Assembly: GCA_964019335.1 (NCBI GenBank)
Contig: OZ025698.1
Location: 310,001-374,000, forward strand
Direction of reading: 5' to 3'
Origin: Diplonema japonicum
Taxonomy: Eukaryota; Protista; Euglenozoa: Diplonemea
Length of the DNA stretch: 64,000 bases
The notes beneath the pieces were generated by a model. That model had not been told where the DNA came from. It was given only the letters and a program-made list of their open reading frames with translations, and did no database searches. Shown piece after piece: positions 50,322 through 61,326 of this stretch. Each line of letters starts with the position of its first letter. The first letter of the stretch is position 1. Both the position numbers and the translations under genes were made by a program.

Positions 50322-51026
50322 GCAGCCTGCAGCTCCAGCACGCCGCCGTCGCCGCTGCCGCGCAGCAACAACAGCACATGCGGGCAAAGCAGCAGATTCC
50401 TCAACAACAGCAGCAACAACAGCAACAGCAACAGCAGCAGCAGCAGCAGCAACAACAGCAGCAACAGCAACAAATGACCGCAGCACAACGCAAGGTCCAC
50501 ACGGTATGTTGGATATCATCAGAATTCCTCATTTTTTTATAGTCGCAGTCGCCTGTTGGCGTTCCAGGGTACATCTCCATTGGCGGCCAGCCCATTGGTG
50601 GCTTCTACAACGGGAACCCCGCTGCCGTGGCGTCTGCTGCAGGGCACCCTACTGCCCCCGCCGCAATGTACAGCAGTGGCGCAGCTGCAAGTGCCACGGG
50701 TGGCAGTGGTGCAGCAGCGTCTGCATCGCCTGCTGCGGCTGCCTCTGCATCTGCTACTTCTGTTGTACCTTCATCGGTATATATTGGGGGGGGATGAAGA
50801 AAGATTTATTAATGTATTTCCCACAGACGACGCCGCCTGCCGCTAGCAACGTGACCAACACAGTCCATGTCATTGGGATCCCCTTCCCATGTGGTGAGAA
50901 AGAGCTTTCGGAGCACTTTGCAGCATGTGGCAGAGTTGTCAGCTGCATGATCCAGCAGTCCAAGGGTGGTTCCAACACTGGCAAGGGTCACGCCACCATC
51001 GCCTTCACAACGCCGAAGGTATGGGG

Positions 51027-51060
<34 letters not shown>

Positions 51061-51326
51061 AGCAAGCCAACACCGCTGTTGAAAAACTTCACCGATCCAC
51101 CTTCAAGGAAAAAGTGATAACAGTTGATCTCTACAAGCCAAGGACAGCCAGGGCTCAGCAGGCACCTTTGACTGCTGACTCGTTCGGGCCAGCCACAGAA
51201 AAAATCACCTTCGAAAAGCCCAAAGAAGTGAAAATTGTTCTGGAAGAGCCCCCAGAGAGGAAGGCTAGGCAGGCGGATGACGGAAAGAAGGACGCCAAAG
51301 AGGAAGCACCTGAGAAATCGGAATAG
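48263..51326 (+). CDS. RNA-binding protein: inactive-looking 3'-5' exonuclease (WRN/EXD-like) domain, 3 RRMs and polyQ; introns 49778-49817, 50106-50142, 50209-50251, 50504-50542, 50777-50826, 51019-51062
   Basis: Exonuclease-fold motifs VVGL, VLIQFST, MKKVG, IYDL, LSDLA, SW. RRMs LHITNLP, VYMSNLP and VHVIGIP...KGHATIAF. Six phase-0 GT-AG introns link the ORF-track fragments into one frame. Confidence 0.75.
50278..50473 (+). repeat. CAG/CAA trinucleotide repeat encoding polyglutamine
   Basis: Long (CAG/CAA)n tracts within the predicted exon 50252-50503. Confidence 0.9.
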
Positions 51327-51597
51327 AAGGGGAAAGAAGTAAGGAGAGAGGGGGGAAGAAAAGAGAGAAAACATAACCACACACCAATGTACTACCAAAA
51401 AAAAAAAAGATTTTTGACACACGACACCAACTCGTTTCCCCCCCCTCCCTATGTTTTTTTCTTTTTTTTTCCCCCCCCCCAAGTGTATTGCCTTTCTTTT
51501 ATATTTTTTTTGTTTCACTTTTTTTTTCTTTCTTTTTCCAATTTCTGTGACATAAAACCGAGAAGAAGAAGAAATAAGTGACAAGTGGTAAGCTTAC

Positions 51598-51635
<38 letters not shown>

Positions 51636-52121
51636 AACTTTCCTCATGCCGAAGCTGCAATGAGAATGTGAAACTGTATTTTTGAAGAAACCTTGCCAAA
51701 AGAAAGGAGAAGAAAAGAAGAAAAAAAAAAAAGAAGAGGGGGAATAAAAAAAAAAGAAAACCTCCACGCAAATTTCCCCGACCCTTTTTGTTCATCCCTG
51801 AATTATATATTTTTTTTAAAAACTTTTGTCCTTTTTTTTTTGAAGGCTTTCAATTATCCCCCCCCCCCCCCCCCTACACTACAGACCTACACCCCTATCT
51901 TCCGCAAATTTCTTTTTTTTCGCAAAAAAAAAAAGACAGGGGTTTTTATTTTACATAGGGTTATTTTATTTATTTTTATTTCATTCTGCTTTTGTTTCCC
52001 CCCTCCCTCTCTACCCCGTTCCCCAGAATGAGTGTTGGCTTTTAAAAAAAGAAAAGAAAAAAAAAAAAAACAGAATCGGGCAAATATGCGATGGGGAAGA
52101 AGAAAAGAAAAAGAAGAAAAT

Positions 52122-52163
<42 letters not shown>

Positions 52164-52747
52164 CCATGTTATTTTTTTTTTCTCCTAGTGTTTTTCTTCT
52201 TTTACTTCCTAAAGAAACGAGAAAAAAAAAAAAGAAATATGAAAAAGGGGGGAGTGTCGTTCTTAAGAATTACAAGCCACTTACTGCACGTTGCTGCAAT
52301 TCAAAAAAAAAAAAAAAAAAACATTCTGCCTTTTATTTATATAAATTCTAGGCCCACGATGCATTTTTCTGCTTCGGTGAATTAAACATCAGAATTGCAC
52401 AAATTAAACAAAAAGGGTTGAGGCCCCCCCCCCCCCCTTTATTTCCCCCCTCTTTTTTTTTGCCTTCCCACCACCCCCACCCTTACTGTTTTTCTTTTTA
52501 TAATCTTCTTTTTTTTATACCCATTTACCTTCCCCCCACCCACTTCCCCGGGCAAAAAAAAAATGCATTTCTTTTTTTTTCTCTCCCCCCCCACCACCAC
52601 CCCCCCTTTTTTTCCGAACATTTTATTTTTATTTTTTTTTGAATAACTGTGATTACAATAAAAATTCAACAAAAAAAAAAAAAACGCAAAAGGGAAAAAA
52701 AAAAAAAAAAAAAAAATGGTCTTGCAATAAAAAAAAAAAAAATACTA

Positions 52748-54223
52748 ATGGACACTCAAATGGAAATAGAGGACATCAGAGACTGGGAATCCCTGGGGGC
52801 GGTAAGTGATGATTTCTACGAACGGATTGAAATAGTAGGCCAGGGAACAGCAGGGACGGCATATAGGGCCAGACATAAAGAGTCAGGCATGCAAGTGGTG
52901 GTCAAAGAAGTATCGCTAGAAGGCCTCAACGAAGACGAACAGCGCACAGCTAGAAACGAGGTCGAAGTTCTACGAGGCCTGGACCACCCAAACATTGTAA
53001 GATTGGAAGACAGTTATGAAACCGGTGATAAACTGGTAATAGTTACAGAGTACTGTGAAGAGGGCGATCTGGAAACCTATCTCGACTCACTCCCAACACC
53101 TCTCCCCTTGGCCGCAACGATGCGATATTTCGCACAATTGTGCATGGCGGTCCTGTACCTCCACGAGCATTGTATACTCCACCGTGATTTAAAAACCGCA
53201 AATGTGTTTCTCTGCGCGAACGGAGTTTGTAAAATCGGCGACTTCGGAATAGCAAAATCGCTTCCTAACCAAGCAGCCTTCACATCAACCATGGTGGGAA
53301 CACCTTTTTACTTCTCCCCCGAAGTCTGCGAAGGACAACAATACGATTCAAAATCAGATGTGTGGGCCCTTGGAGTGATTCTGTACCAGCTTCTCATGCT
53401 GCGGCAGCCGTTTCAAGCTGGCAACATCATGGCTTTGGTTAATCTTATCACAAATACTTCGCCAGAACCGCTTCCATCGTCGATTCCCTTGGATACGGTG
53501 GAGCTTGTGAGCCAGTTGCTGGAAAAATCTCCGCAAACGAGGCCGAGTATAAGGGGGGTGATACAATCTCCGGTGGTGCAAAGATATGTCCACGAACTGC
53601 AAGCGTTTGAAAATGTAAACGGGACGGTGCAAAGAACCGCAAGGCAAGAAGCGAAACGAAACAAAATGAAACTGCAAAAAGCGTTGCTTGAAGAGACACA
53701 GTCTTCCAGCGTCCCGGGAGCGGTGTGGACTATCTCACCAGGTGCGGGGAAGAAGGAAACGGCACAACTAGTTTCGGGTTTGGAACCAAACGAAGAAAGA
53801 AAATGCGAGCAGTGTACCACCTCCTCGAGCACTGCGGAAACGCATTGCATTGAATGCGGGTTCTACCTGTGCCATTCTTGCAGCGAAAAATTGCATTCTA
53901 TGCGGAGCTTTCAAAACCACCACATCGCCATCCTTCCCAAAACCATTCCTAACAATAGTTTTATACAAGATCTCAGCACAGAGCGGGTTGAGGATGTTGA
54001 AGATATTATGTTTATTCCCAATACAGAGCCTGAGCGTGTGGTGCATACGCCCGTGGTTTCCACGAAAAAATGGGTGTCGGGGGTGGAGGGTACCACCAGC
54101 CCTGTAGAGCCGAACGTGTTGTCGTTGATGTCCTCTGGTGGGTCCAGCACCTCGTCGCGCACACCGCAGATTTCTGAAAACCATGAGAATTTACAACATG
54201 GACGGTGTTGCGTAGTTTGTTGA
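52748..54223 (+). CDS. NEK (NIMA-related) kinase with B-box-type zinc finger and C-terminal CaaX-like motif
   Basis: GQGTAG, VVK, HRDLKTANVFL, DFG, GTPFYFSPEVC. B-box CEQC...CIEC...LCHSC...H...H. Ends in CCVVC. Confidence 0.9.
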   Translation: MDTQMEIEDIRDWESLGAVSDDFYERIEIVGQGTAGTAYRARHKESGMQVVVKEVSLEGLNEDEQRTARNEVEVLRGLDHPNIVRLEDSYETGDKLVIVTEYCEEGDLETYLDSLPTPLPLAATMRYFAQLCMAVLYLHEHCILHRDLKTANVFLCANGVCKIGDFGIAKSLPNQAAFTSTMVGTPFYFSPEVCEGQQYDSKSDVWALGVILYQLLMLRQPFQAGNIMALVNLITNTSPEPLPSSIPLDTVELVSQLLEKSPQTRPSIRGVIQSPVVQRYVHELQAFENVNGTVQRTARQEAKRNKMKLQKALLEETQSSSVPGAVWTISPGAGKKETAQLVSGLEPNEERKCEQCTTSSSTAETHCIECGFYLCHSCSEKLHSMRSFQNHHIAILPKTIPNNSFIQDLSTERVEDVEDIMFIPNTEPERVVHTPVVSTKKWVSGVEGTTSPVEPNVLSLMSSGGSSTSSRTPQISENHENLQHGRCCVVC

Positions 54224-54226
54224 AAG

Positions 54227-54259
<33 letters not shown>

Positions 54260-54306
54260 TAGTGCGAATTTTTTTTTATTTATTTTGTTGCTGTTTAGGG
54301 GAATGT

Positions 54307-54350
<44 letters not shown>

Positions 54351-54936
54351 AAGAAAAATTCTTTTTTTATTCTACGTTGCCCAGTTTTTCTTTTTTTTTC
54401 TTCTTCTCTTTTTTTATAAAAATTATTATTCTGTTGTTTCTTTTCTTTTTTTTTTCTTTTTTTTTTTTTTTTTTTTTTAAAGCTTACTTGCACGCAGAGT
54501 ACACGCGATTGCTGTGTACTTGGACAATGGAGGGAAACTTTTTTTCTTTCTTTTGTTTTATTCTTTTCTGGGTTTCTTTTTTTTTTTTTCTCTCTTTTCA
54601 ATACCTACGTTCAGCTCTCAGTAATCCCCCTTCCTTATGCCTTTATGCACTCCCGCCTCCCCCAAAAAAAAAATTAAAAATTAAAAATAAAGAAACCTCA
54701 ATTTGTCGGGCAGCACAGTTTGTTGCGTGTCCCCCCCCCCCCCCCCCCCCCCCTCCCTATTTCTTTTTGTTCTGAAAAATTATTTCTTTATTGAAACCGA
54801 AGAAGAAAAAAAAAAAACACTGTGTTAATGTAATTATCAAAAGACAAAAAAAAAAGGAGGAGAAAAAAAATCTGTTTTGGGCGTTGCAAGCACTCTCTTT
54901 AGCCTATTCTCTTTTTCTTCTTTTTCCTGACTAGAA

Positions 54937-55124
54937 CACATAGTACCCAGTGTTAACCGGTCACCAAATGGGATTTAAATTACTACCGGGTTTTAAACTG
55001 GCATGAGGAGAGCATGCCCCCCTCCCCCCAACCCCAGATACACAAAAAGCCAAATTCAAAAAAAAAAAAATCTAAAATTTCTCGGATCGAGTTTCAGAAG
55101 TGATCGGTTAACCCTGGGTCTGTG
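54937..55124. mobile_element. small non-autonomous TIR element (MITE)
   Basis: ACCCAGTGTTAACCGGTCAC and GTGATCGGTTAACCCTGGGT are an 18/20 inverted match. CACA...TGTG termini are flanked by AGAA on both sides. Confidence 0.65.
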
Positions 55125-55245
55125 AGAATATTTATCCCCCCCCCCCCCCCCCCCCCTCGTGTCCTCGTCCTTACTCAAATGCTCGATATGTTCCAGCAAG
55201 GGGTCACTCCCTCATTATACCTTTATGCGCTCTCTCTTCCTTTAA

Positions 55246-57009
55246 CCACTAAAGGATCGGGGGTTTTGGCGAAAAAAAGTGCCAAGGACCGTCTATTTAT
55301 GAACCCGGGAAAAAAGAAAAAATGCGAGAGTTTAACCATAGGAAAGTACACTGTGCCCTTTAAAAAAGCACGTGACCCAGGGGGTAAAAAAAACAGTTTA
55401 TTTTCCATGCAGGGGGGCTTCCTTAGTGTTCATACGGGGTCGGGAGAGGAAATATACGACAAAGTACTGAGCTTCGCGAGCGACTTTGCTCAACCCACTC
55501 GAGGGCGCTTGGGCGGAGGACAGCCTCCCTCACTTTTTTTTTCTTCTACAGATGTCGATTTTCTTCCAACATTGGGTCCTGGCGGACTGCTGAAGCCCTT
55601 GAGGATTTTTTTTTTTTCAAGCGTCCCCAGAATTGTCGGTATGTTATCATGTCAGGGTAGTCATTTTTTGTATGTAAAATCTCAAAGCACTACAGGGCAC
55701 AGGGCAACATTGCACGTTTTGCAGGTGTAAAATTGTTTTTTTTTTTTTGATTTTTTGACACAGCCTTGAGGTGAATTGCATACTATAGGCAAAGTCGAGG
55801 CAAAATTATAGGCAAAGCCGAAAAGGTTAACACGGGTTTAGTATGGCCGTGCCACAAGAGGAACCGGATGCTGTCCGAACTCTGCCGCATGACTCTGTCA
55901 TGGCGTGAGATTTGTTTGCTGGCCTCCTTTTTCGTTTTTCTGCCCATTGTCGTCTTCCGGAGTTGAACCGTGCCCACGGGGTTGTATTTTTCTGTTGTGC
56001 TGAACCTCCGATAGCATGCATACCCGTACTCAAAAGAGAGCAGAAGAGCTGGTAATTAGAATATAGATTATCCATCGCAACCCAGTGACCACGATGCTCG
56101 AACTGTCGCAGAAGATATGGTACCGTGTCCTCCGGGTCCCCACCAGGGTAAATTCTAATGTTAAGCGCGCACCCTGTGCATGACTGCGGCGGAGTACACC
56201 TTAAAGCCATAGCGCTTGCGTTTAGCTGGTTGAAAAACGCTGTGCTTAAGGCGGGAGAAGGAGCGAATCAATGCTCAGCCCTTGACCGGGGGTGGTATGC
56301 AGCTTTCCAGCTGGGGGAGGCCGGGAATGCAGCATCTCCACTTTTGATAGTGTCCCGTTGCCCTGGGAGGGCAAAGTGGACACAACAAGAAGATATGGAG
56401 AAATGTGGCGCGGCCCAGGACACGGCCTATGTAAGGCGTTGTAATCTCTTCCTTTGTAGACCAGTAGTCCTTGACGCCCGCCCTGCAGACTTCGTCCATC
56501 AAGGCGGGCAGAACCCAGACAGCGATCCAGGTGTTCAGTTGTACCACGTCTGCGTCGAATGTGGTGCCCTTGGATGTGGCATACACCTTTGAACAGCTGA
56601 TAATGGACCTCAGCAAGCTGTTTGTGATAAACAAACTGAAAAGTTGTAGCCTATCCATGCTGTTCGATGTTGCTGGACCCCTGTACCCATGTCATTTCTT
56701 GGCCGGTATACGGTTGATATTTGTCCCCCAGCGCACACCACCCTCATCTGAGGTGCTGGAGTTGGAAGAAGCACTTCAGAAGGTCCTAAGAAGTTGCTCT
56801 CAAATAATAAGTACAAAAGGACACCAAGCAACCCCCTTGGGGACGGGTTTTTGTGTTTGTTCTTCGCGCAAAAGGGTATTTCAAATTTAAAAAAAAATCG
56901 CGGAACAATGGGTCTTAGTAAAGTCCAGGGGCTGTGTGGCACAAAAAGTGTCACATAGAAAAAATAATTTTTTCTTAAGGACACGTATGTCCTCATGGTC
57001 CTTTAGTGG
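55246..57009 (-). mobile_element. decayed piggyBac transposon
   Basis: TTAA at 55242-55245 and 57010-57013, TIR CCACTAAAGGA(T/C)C. Frameshifted transposase pieces KDYWST and HWVAMDNLYSNY...GMHAIG, and a C-terminal CKTCNVALC Cys-rich domain. Confidence 0.9.
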
Positions 57010-57170
57010 TTAAAAAAAAAAAAAAAAAGAAAGATTCAGAGTTTGGTTTGGCAGCGCAGTTTGCACGTACCCCTATTTTTCTTTGAGTAGAACATTATCC
57101 CCCCCCCCCCCCTGTCTTTTTTGTTCTATTTATCCCCCCACCACCTTTCCCCTTTTCGTGAGTTTTTGTT

Positions 57171-57201
<31 letters not shown>

Positions 57202-57272
57202 GATTATATTTCCCCCCCTCCCCTTCCTTCTCTAATTATATACACACGACAAAAGGCAAGGGACAGGGCCAG

Positions 57273-58193
57273 ATGCTGAGGATAGCCAACGCTCTGGGCC
57301 TGCGCAAAAAGGCGAAGCTGGGGGGCGACCAACGGAATCTTAAGAAAAGCAAGCTGGACTTAAGCAAAGCGGTGCACACAGTTGGTTTCGTGTGCGTGAC
57401 GGTGGCCATCTTGATCATCACGAGCACCGTGTTCACTTACTTCAGGAGCGTCTTTCCTCTTTTAGTGGACAAGGACGCCAACCACCATGCCTGGTGGTGG
57501 GTTCTAGGTGTGTGTTCATGGCTAAGCTTCAATTTGATGTTTAACTACTGCCTAGTGCTGACTACCCCTGCTGGCCGTGCCGATGTGGCATTGATGACGG
57601 AAGCAGACCTACGTCAGGCCGAACTTGACCGGTGCGAACCTGAAAAAAGAGGCAGTTTATGGTGTAAAAAATGTGAGGCTCCACGACCAGTCCGTGCACA
57701 CCACTGCCCTCTCTGTGGGTACTGTGTGTTGAAGATGGACCACCACTGCCCTTGGGTCAACCAGTGTGTGGGGCACTACAACCACAGATATTTCATCTTG
57801 TTTCTCGTCTACCTCCTGCTCAGTGTGGCGTTTGCTTCTATAACCATTTCACTGCATTTCACGGGCACGCTGAAGTCACCTTCTCTCCCTAGTATGTACC
57901 GGTCGTCGAGGGTTTCGTCTTCCGTTATATTGTGTTACGTGGTGTGCGTTGCGCTGACGATGGTGATGTCGTTGTTCCTGCTTTGGACAAGCCACCTTGT
58001 TCTTCGCAACCAGACGACTATAGAATTCGTGGCGCAGCTTCTCATCGACCCCCGTGCCGGGTACCGGAAGAATCTGGAGGCAACTTTCGGGAAATTCACA
58101 ACATACGCGGAGCTGCTGCTTCCGTCCGTAGTGCCGTTGGCGGACAACGGGCACAACTACGCGAATCACATACCGTCGAACGCAGGCTTGTGA
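57273..58193 (+). CDS. DHHC palmitoyl acyltransferase
   Basis: CKKC...RAHHCPLCGYCVLKMDHHCPWVNQCVGHYNHRYF, four TM segments, NQTTIE motif. Confidence 0.95.
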   Translation: MLRIANALGLRKKAKLGGDQRNLKKSKLDLSKAVHTVGFVCVTVAILIITSTVFTYFRSVFPLLVDKDANHHAWWWVLGVCSWLSFNLMFNYCLVLTTPAGRADVALMTEADLRQAELDRCEPEKRGSLWCKKCEAPRPVRAHHCPLCGYCVLKMDHHCPWVNQCVGHYNHRYFILFLVYLLLSVAFASITISLHFTGTLKSPSLPSMYRSSRVSSSVILCYVVCVALTMVMSLFLLWTSHLVLRNQTTIEFVAQLLIDPRAGYRKNLEATFGKFTTYAELLLPSVVPLADNGHNYANHIPSNAGL

Positions 58194-58283
58194 AGATATG
58201 TTACAGAGTCTTTTTTTTTTCTTCCCATGAATATGCTGTATTTATTTTCTTCTTCTTCTCCTCAACATTCACAAGGATATTAC

Positions 58284-60149
58284 ATGGAACACGGTGTCGC
58301 CTCATGGGAGGGATCTTTTGTGACGGCCACGAAAGTGCTCCGCCCGCTTCATGAAACGAAGCGCACGGAGCTAACTGTCCGGGAGCACGACGATGGCGAG
58401 GTGGTTGTGAAGCGGTTCAAAATGTGTGACGACGAAGCTCTGGAGAGATACCGGACCGAGATGCACCTGCTCAGCAAGCTCTCCGAGAAGTCCTCCCGAG
58501 TGATCCGCCCCGTGGCTCACATCACAAAGCCCCCCACCTACGCCGTAGTGCTTCCCTTCTTAAAACATGGCAGCCTGGACACCATCCTCCATTCCCCTGT
58601 GTACACCGACATCTCTTGGGACCTCCGTGTCCAATTCTGCATGGACCTCGCCCTTGCGGTACAGCACTGCCACGACCACGGCATCATCATCAGGGACGTG
58701 AAGCCTGCCAACATGCTTGTCGATGAGCACTTCAACTGTAAAATGGCAGATCTTGAGCTTGCTAAGCCAGAGGTCGATCTGGCCAGCCCTGCTGAGCGAG
58801 TCTACTCGGGGCCGTCGTCACGAAGGAAGACTCGTTTCGAAGGCACACCAGAGTACATGGCACCTGAGCTCCTGAAGGCCCCCGGGTCGCAGTTGCAGCG
58901 TGGCATCGTCCCCGTTGCGAAGGACACCGACGTGTACTCCGTTGGGATCTCCATCAACCAGATCGTGACGTCGATCGTCCCTTACACAGACATCCGCATG
59001 ACCACTGAGCAGCTGCACACTGTGGTGGAGACAAGGTACTCGCCCACAGCCCTGCATGGTGCAATCGTGAGTGAGGGGCTCCGCCCGAACCTCACGGACT
59101 CGGATGTTGTAGCGGTGATCTGCAAGAAATGCTGGTCATCTGACCCCGCCGAGCGTCCGCCCATCAGCCAGGTGGTTAAGGAGCTCGAGGCGATTGTCAC
59201 CAGCGAGGCCAGGGACATGGAAAGAGCGCAGCACATCACTCACAACACGAACACCACTGCAGAGGAGGTCGTCGAGGTGTCGCAAGCCATCAAAAAAAAA
59301 TCCGTGCAGCGGACGTGGATGGAGGTCATCTCGTCTCTGGCAGCATCGCCACCCGACGGCAGGCCCGGCGTGGTCCCAGCCCTCGTCTCCGGCAACGGAG
59401 AGGGCACAACAGGGAGACGGGACATGATGGAGGACGATTACTTCCACCACGTGTACCACGAGGCGAGGAGCGGGGCGCGTCTGTACGGGGTCCTGGACGG
59501 GCACGGCGGGTCGGCATGCGCGAAGTTCGTGAAGCATAACCTCCCCACTGTCCTGGAACAGAACATACTCAGCATGGAAGGAAACGCCTTCAGAAAGGCA
59601 CTGACAGAAAGCTTCGAAGAAGTACAACAAAAATGGCTCAAAGACAAGCAAAGCGACGACAGCGGCGCATGCTGCACCGTAGCACTGGTGGTGGAAGCAC
59701 ACGTATGGGTGGCATGGTGCGGGGACTGCACAGCAGTAGCATGCAAAGGAGGTGAAGCTGTGGTGGTAACGAAGGACCACCACCCAACAGACGACGATGA
59801 AAAGAAGAGAATTCAAAAAGCGGGTGGTACACTGACGCAAACAAGCGACGGGAAGTGGAGGGTCAACGGGAGGGTCGCAGTGTCAAGGGCCTTCGGTGAC
59901 AAACCTGACCGCTCTGTTGTGTCACCCATACCATCCATCACACACTACCCCCTCAGGAGAATAGATGAAATGCTCATCATCGCTACAGACGGGGTCTGGG
60001 ACGTCATGTCCCCTTCAGCCGTTGTTGAAAATCTATTTAAAACAGTCAAGCATGCCGACTATGGCGCAAAACGTGTCGTGTGTGATGCATTCAACGCAGG
60101 CTCGCAGGACAACATTGGAGCCGCTGTCATTTACTTTACGGAGTCTTAG
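58284..60149 (+). CDS. protein kinase-like domain fused to a PP2C (PPM) phosphatase
   Basis: Kinase: VVVK, IRDVKPAN, MADLE, GTPEYMAPE. PP2C: RDMMED, DGHGG, SGAC, GDC, SRAFGD, TDGVWD, DN. Confidence 0.9.
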   Translation: MEHGVASWEGSFVTATKVLRPLHETKRTELTVREHDDGEVVVKRFKMCDDEALERYRTEMHLLSKLSEKSSRVIRPVAHITKPPTYAVVLPFLKHGSLDTILHSPVYTDISWDLRVQFCMDLALAVQHCHDHGIIIRDVKPANMLVDEHFNCKMADLELAKPEVDLASPAERVYSGPSSRRKTRFEGTPEYMAPELLKAPGSQLQRGIVPVAKDTDVYSVGISINQIVTSIVPYTDIRMTTEQLHTVVETRYSPTALHGAIVSEGLRPNLTDSDVVAVICKKCWSSDPAERPPISQVVKELEAIVTSEARDMERAQHITHNTNTTAEEVVEVSQAIKKKSVQRTWMEVISSLAASPPDGRPGVVPALVSGNGEGTTGRRDMMEDDYFHHVYHEARSGARLYGVLDGHGGSACAKFVKHNLPTVLEQNILSMEGNAFRKALTESFEEVQQKWLKDKQSDDSGACCTVALVVEAHVWVAWCGDCTAVACKGGEAVVVTKDHHPTDDDEKKRIQKAGGTLTQTSDGKWRVNGRVAVSRAFGDKPDRSVVSPIPSITHYPLRRIDEMLIIATDGVWDVMSPSAVVENLFKTVKHADYGAKRVVCDAFNAGSQDNIGAAVIYFTES

Positions 60150-60398
60150 GACTACAAAAAGAGAAGGGAAAAAAAAATTTTTTTTTTTTTTGTATAGTGT
60201 GTTAAAGAGGGGTCGCTTATTCATGATGACTCAAGACCTCTCAAAAGAAAAAAAGAATTCCCTCCGGAGATGGCGCCTTTGTTGTTAAAGAGCGCTCTCC
60301 TGCTTTTTTTTTTTTTTTTTGTTCGTTTCTACATACACCTGTCCTCTCGTTATATAATACTCCGGTGGAGGGGGGTGTCATGCCCCTTGGGATCCGTT

Positions 60399-60442
<44 letters not shown>

Positions 60443-60743
60443 CGCCGCTTCTTTTTTAAGGTGGTGGGGATAACATGGAAATATAAGAAGTACATCAGAT
60501 GTGTTGTTCGCTGTTGACCTCCTCGTCGGTCATCACCGGTAGCGCCCGAGTGGAAGAACGTATCGCAGATGCTCAGGGTGACGAACAGGCAGCAAACTGC
60601 ACGAGCGCAGAATCTTGGTTACCCGGGACGCCCCGGCTAGGGTTGAGCACACCGCATGCATTAAGGACACGACGCGGAACGCAGAAGAAGCTACTGCTCG
60701 GCCGAGGAGCGCCCCCTGTAATCAAGTAGGTATTTCGTGCTTC

Positions 60744-60786
60744 GTTGCACGCTTAACGCCACCTAGTGTTGCAATCAAAGCCCCAT
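60744..60786. repeat. 43-bp dispersed repeat, copy 2 (end of a ~290-bp GC-rich intergenic island)
   Basis: 42/43 identical to 5117-5159. Confidence 0.85.
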
Positions 60787-61236
60787 TTTTTTTTTTTTTC
60801 CTCTTTTCCCCGTCCCCTCTTTCCTGTGTTTCGCTGGGGAAGGAAAAGAAGAGAAAAAGAAGAATGAGAATATAAAAAAAAAAAAAGAGAAGAAAAAAAG
60901 AAGAAACAAAGCGACACGAATCCGAGTATACATAAAAAATATATTTCCGCATTTTTTTATTCTTTTTATCATCGAAGGACCCCCCCCCCCCCCCCCCCCC
61001 CGCAGCATTTTCAAAAAAAAAAAAAGAGGAACAAGAAACTCGTCCTCTCGAATTTTTACCCCCCACCCCCCTTGCCATTCTTTCCCTGCGTGATAATTAT
61101 GGTGCGCTGTTTTCTTCTATATATATATTTTTTTTTTTGCCTCTTTTTGTACGAACGGTAGTCCCCGCGGCGCTTTTGGCCCCCTTCTCAGGATCAACTT
61201 CTCTGTTGGTTTTACGATATTTCTTCACGCGCGCAA

Positions 61237-61264
<28 letters not shown>
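61237..61264 (+). repeat. (AAT)n microsatellite
   Basis: Tandem AAT units. Confidence 0.85.
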
Positions 61265-61270
<6 letters not shown>

Positions 61271-61326
61271 GAGGAAAAAAAAAAAAAAAAAAAAAAAAGA
61301 AAGAAAAAAAAGAAAGGGGAGAACCA

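Noticed and set aside
51330-52740. Many short poly-K/poly-F ORFs here and in other spacers
   Set aside because: Artefacts of A/T homopolymer tracts in UTR and intergenic DNA.
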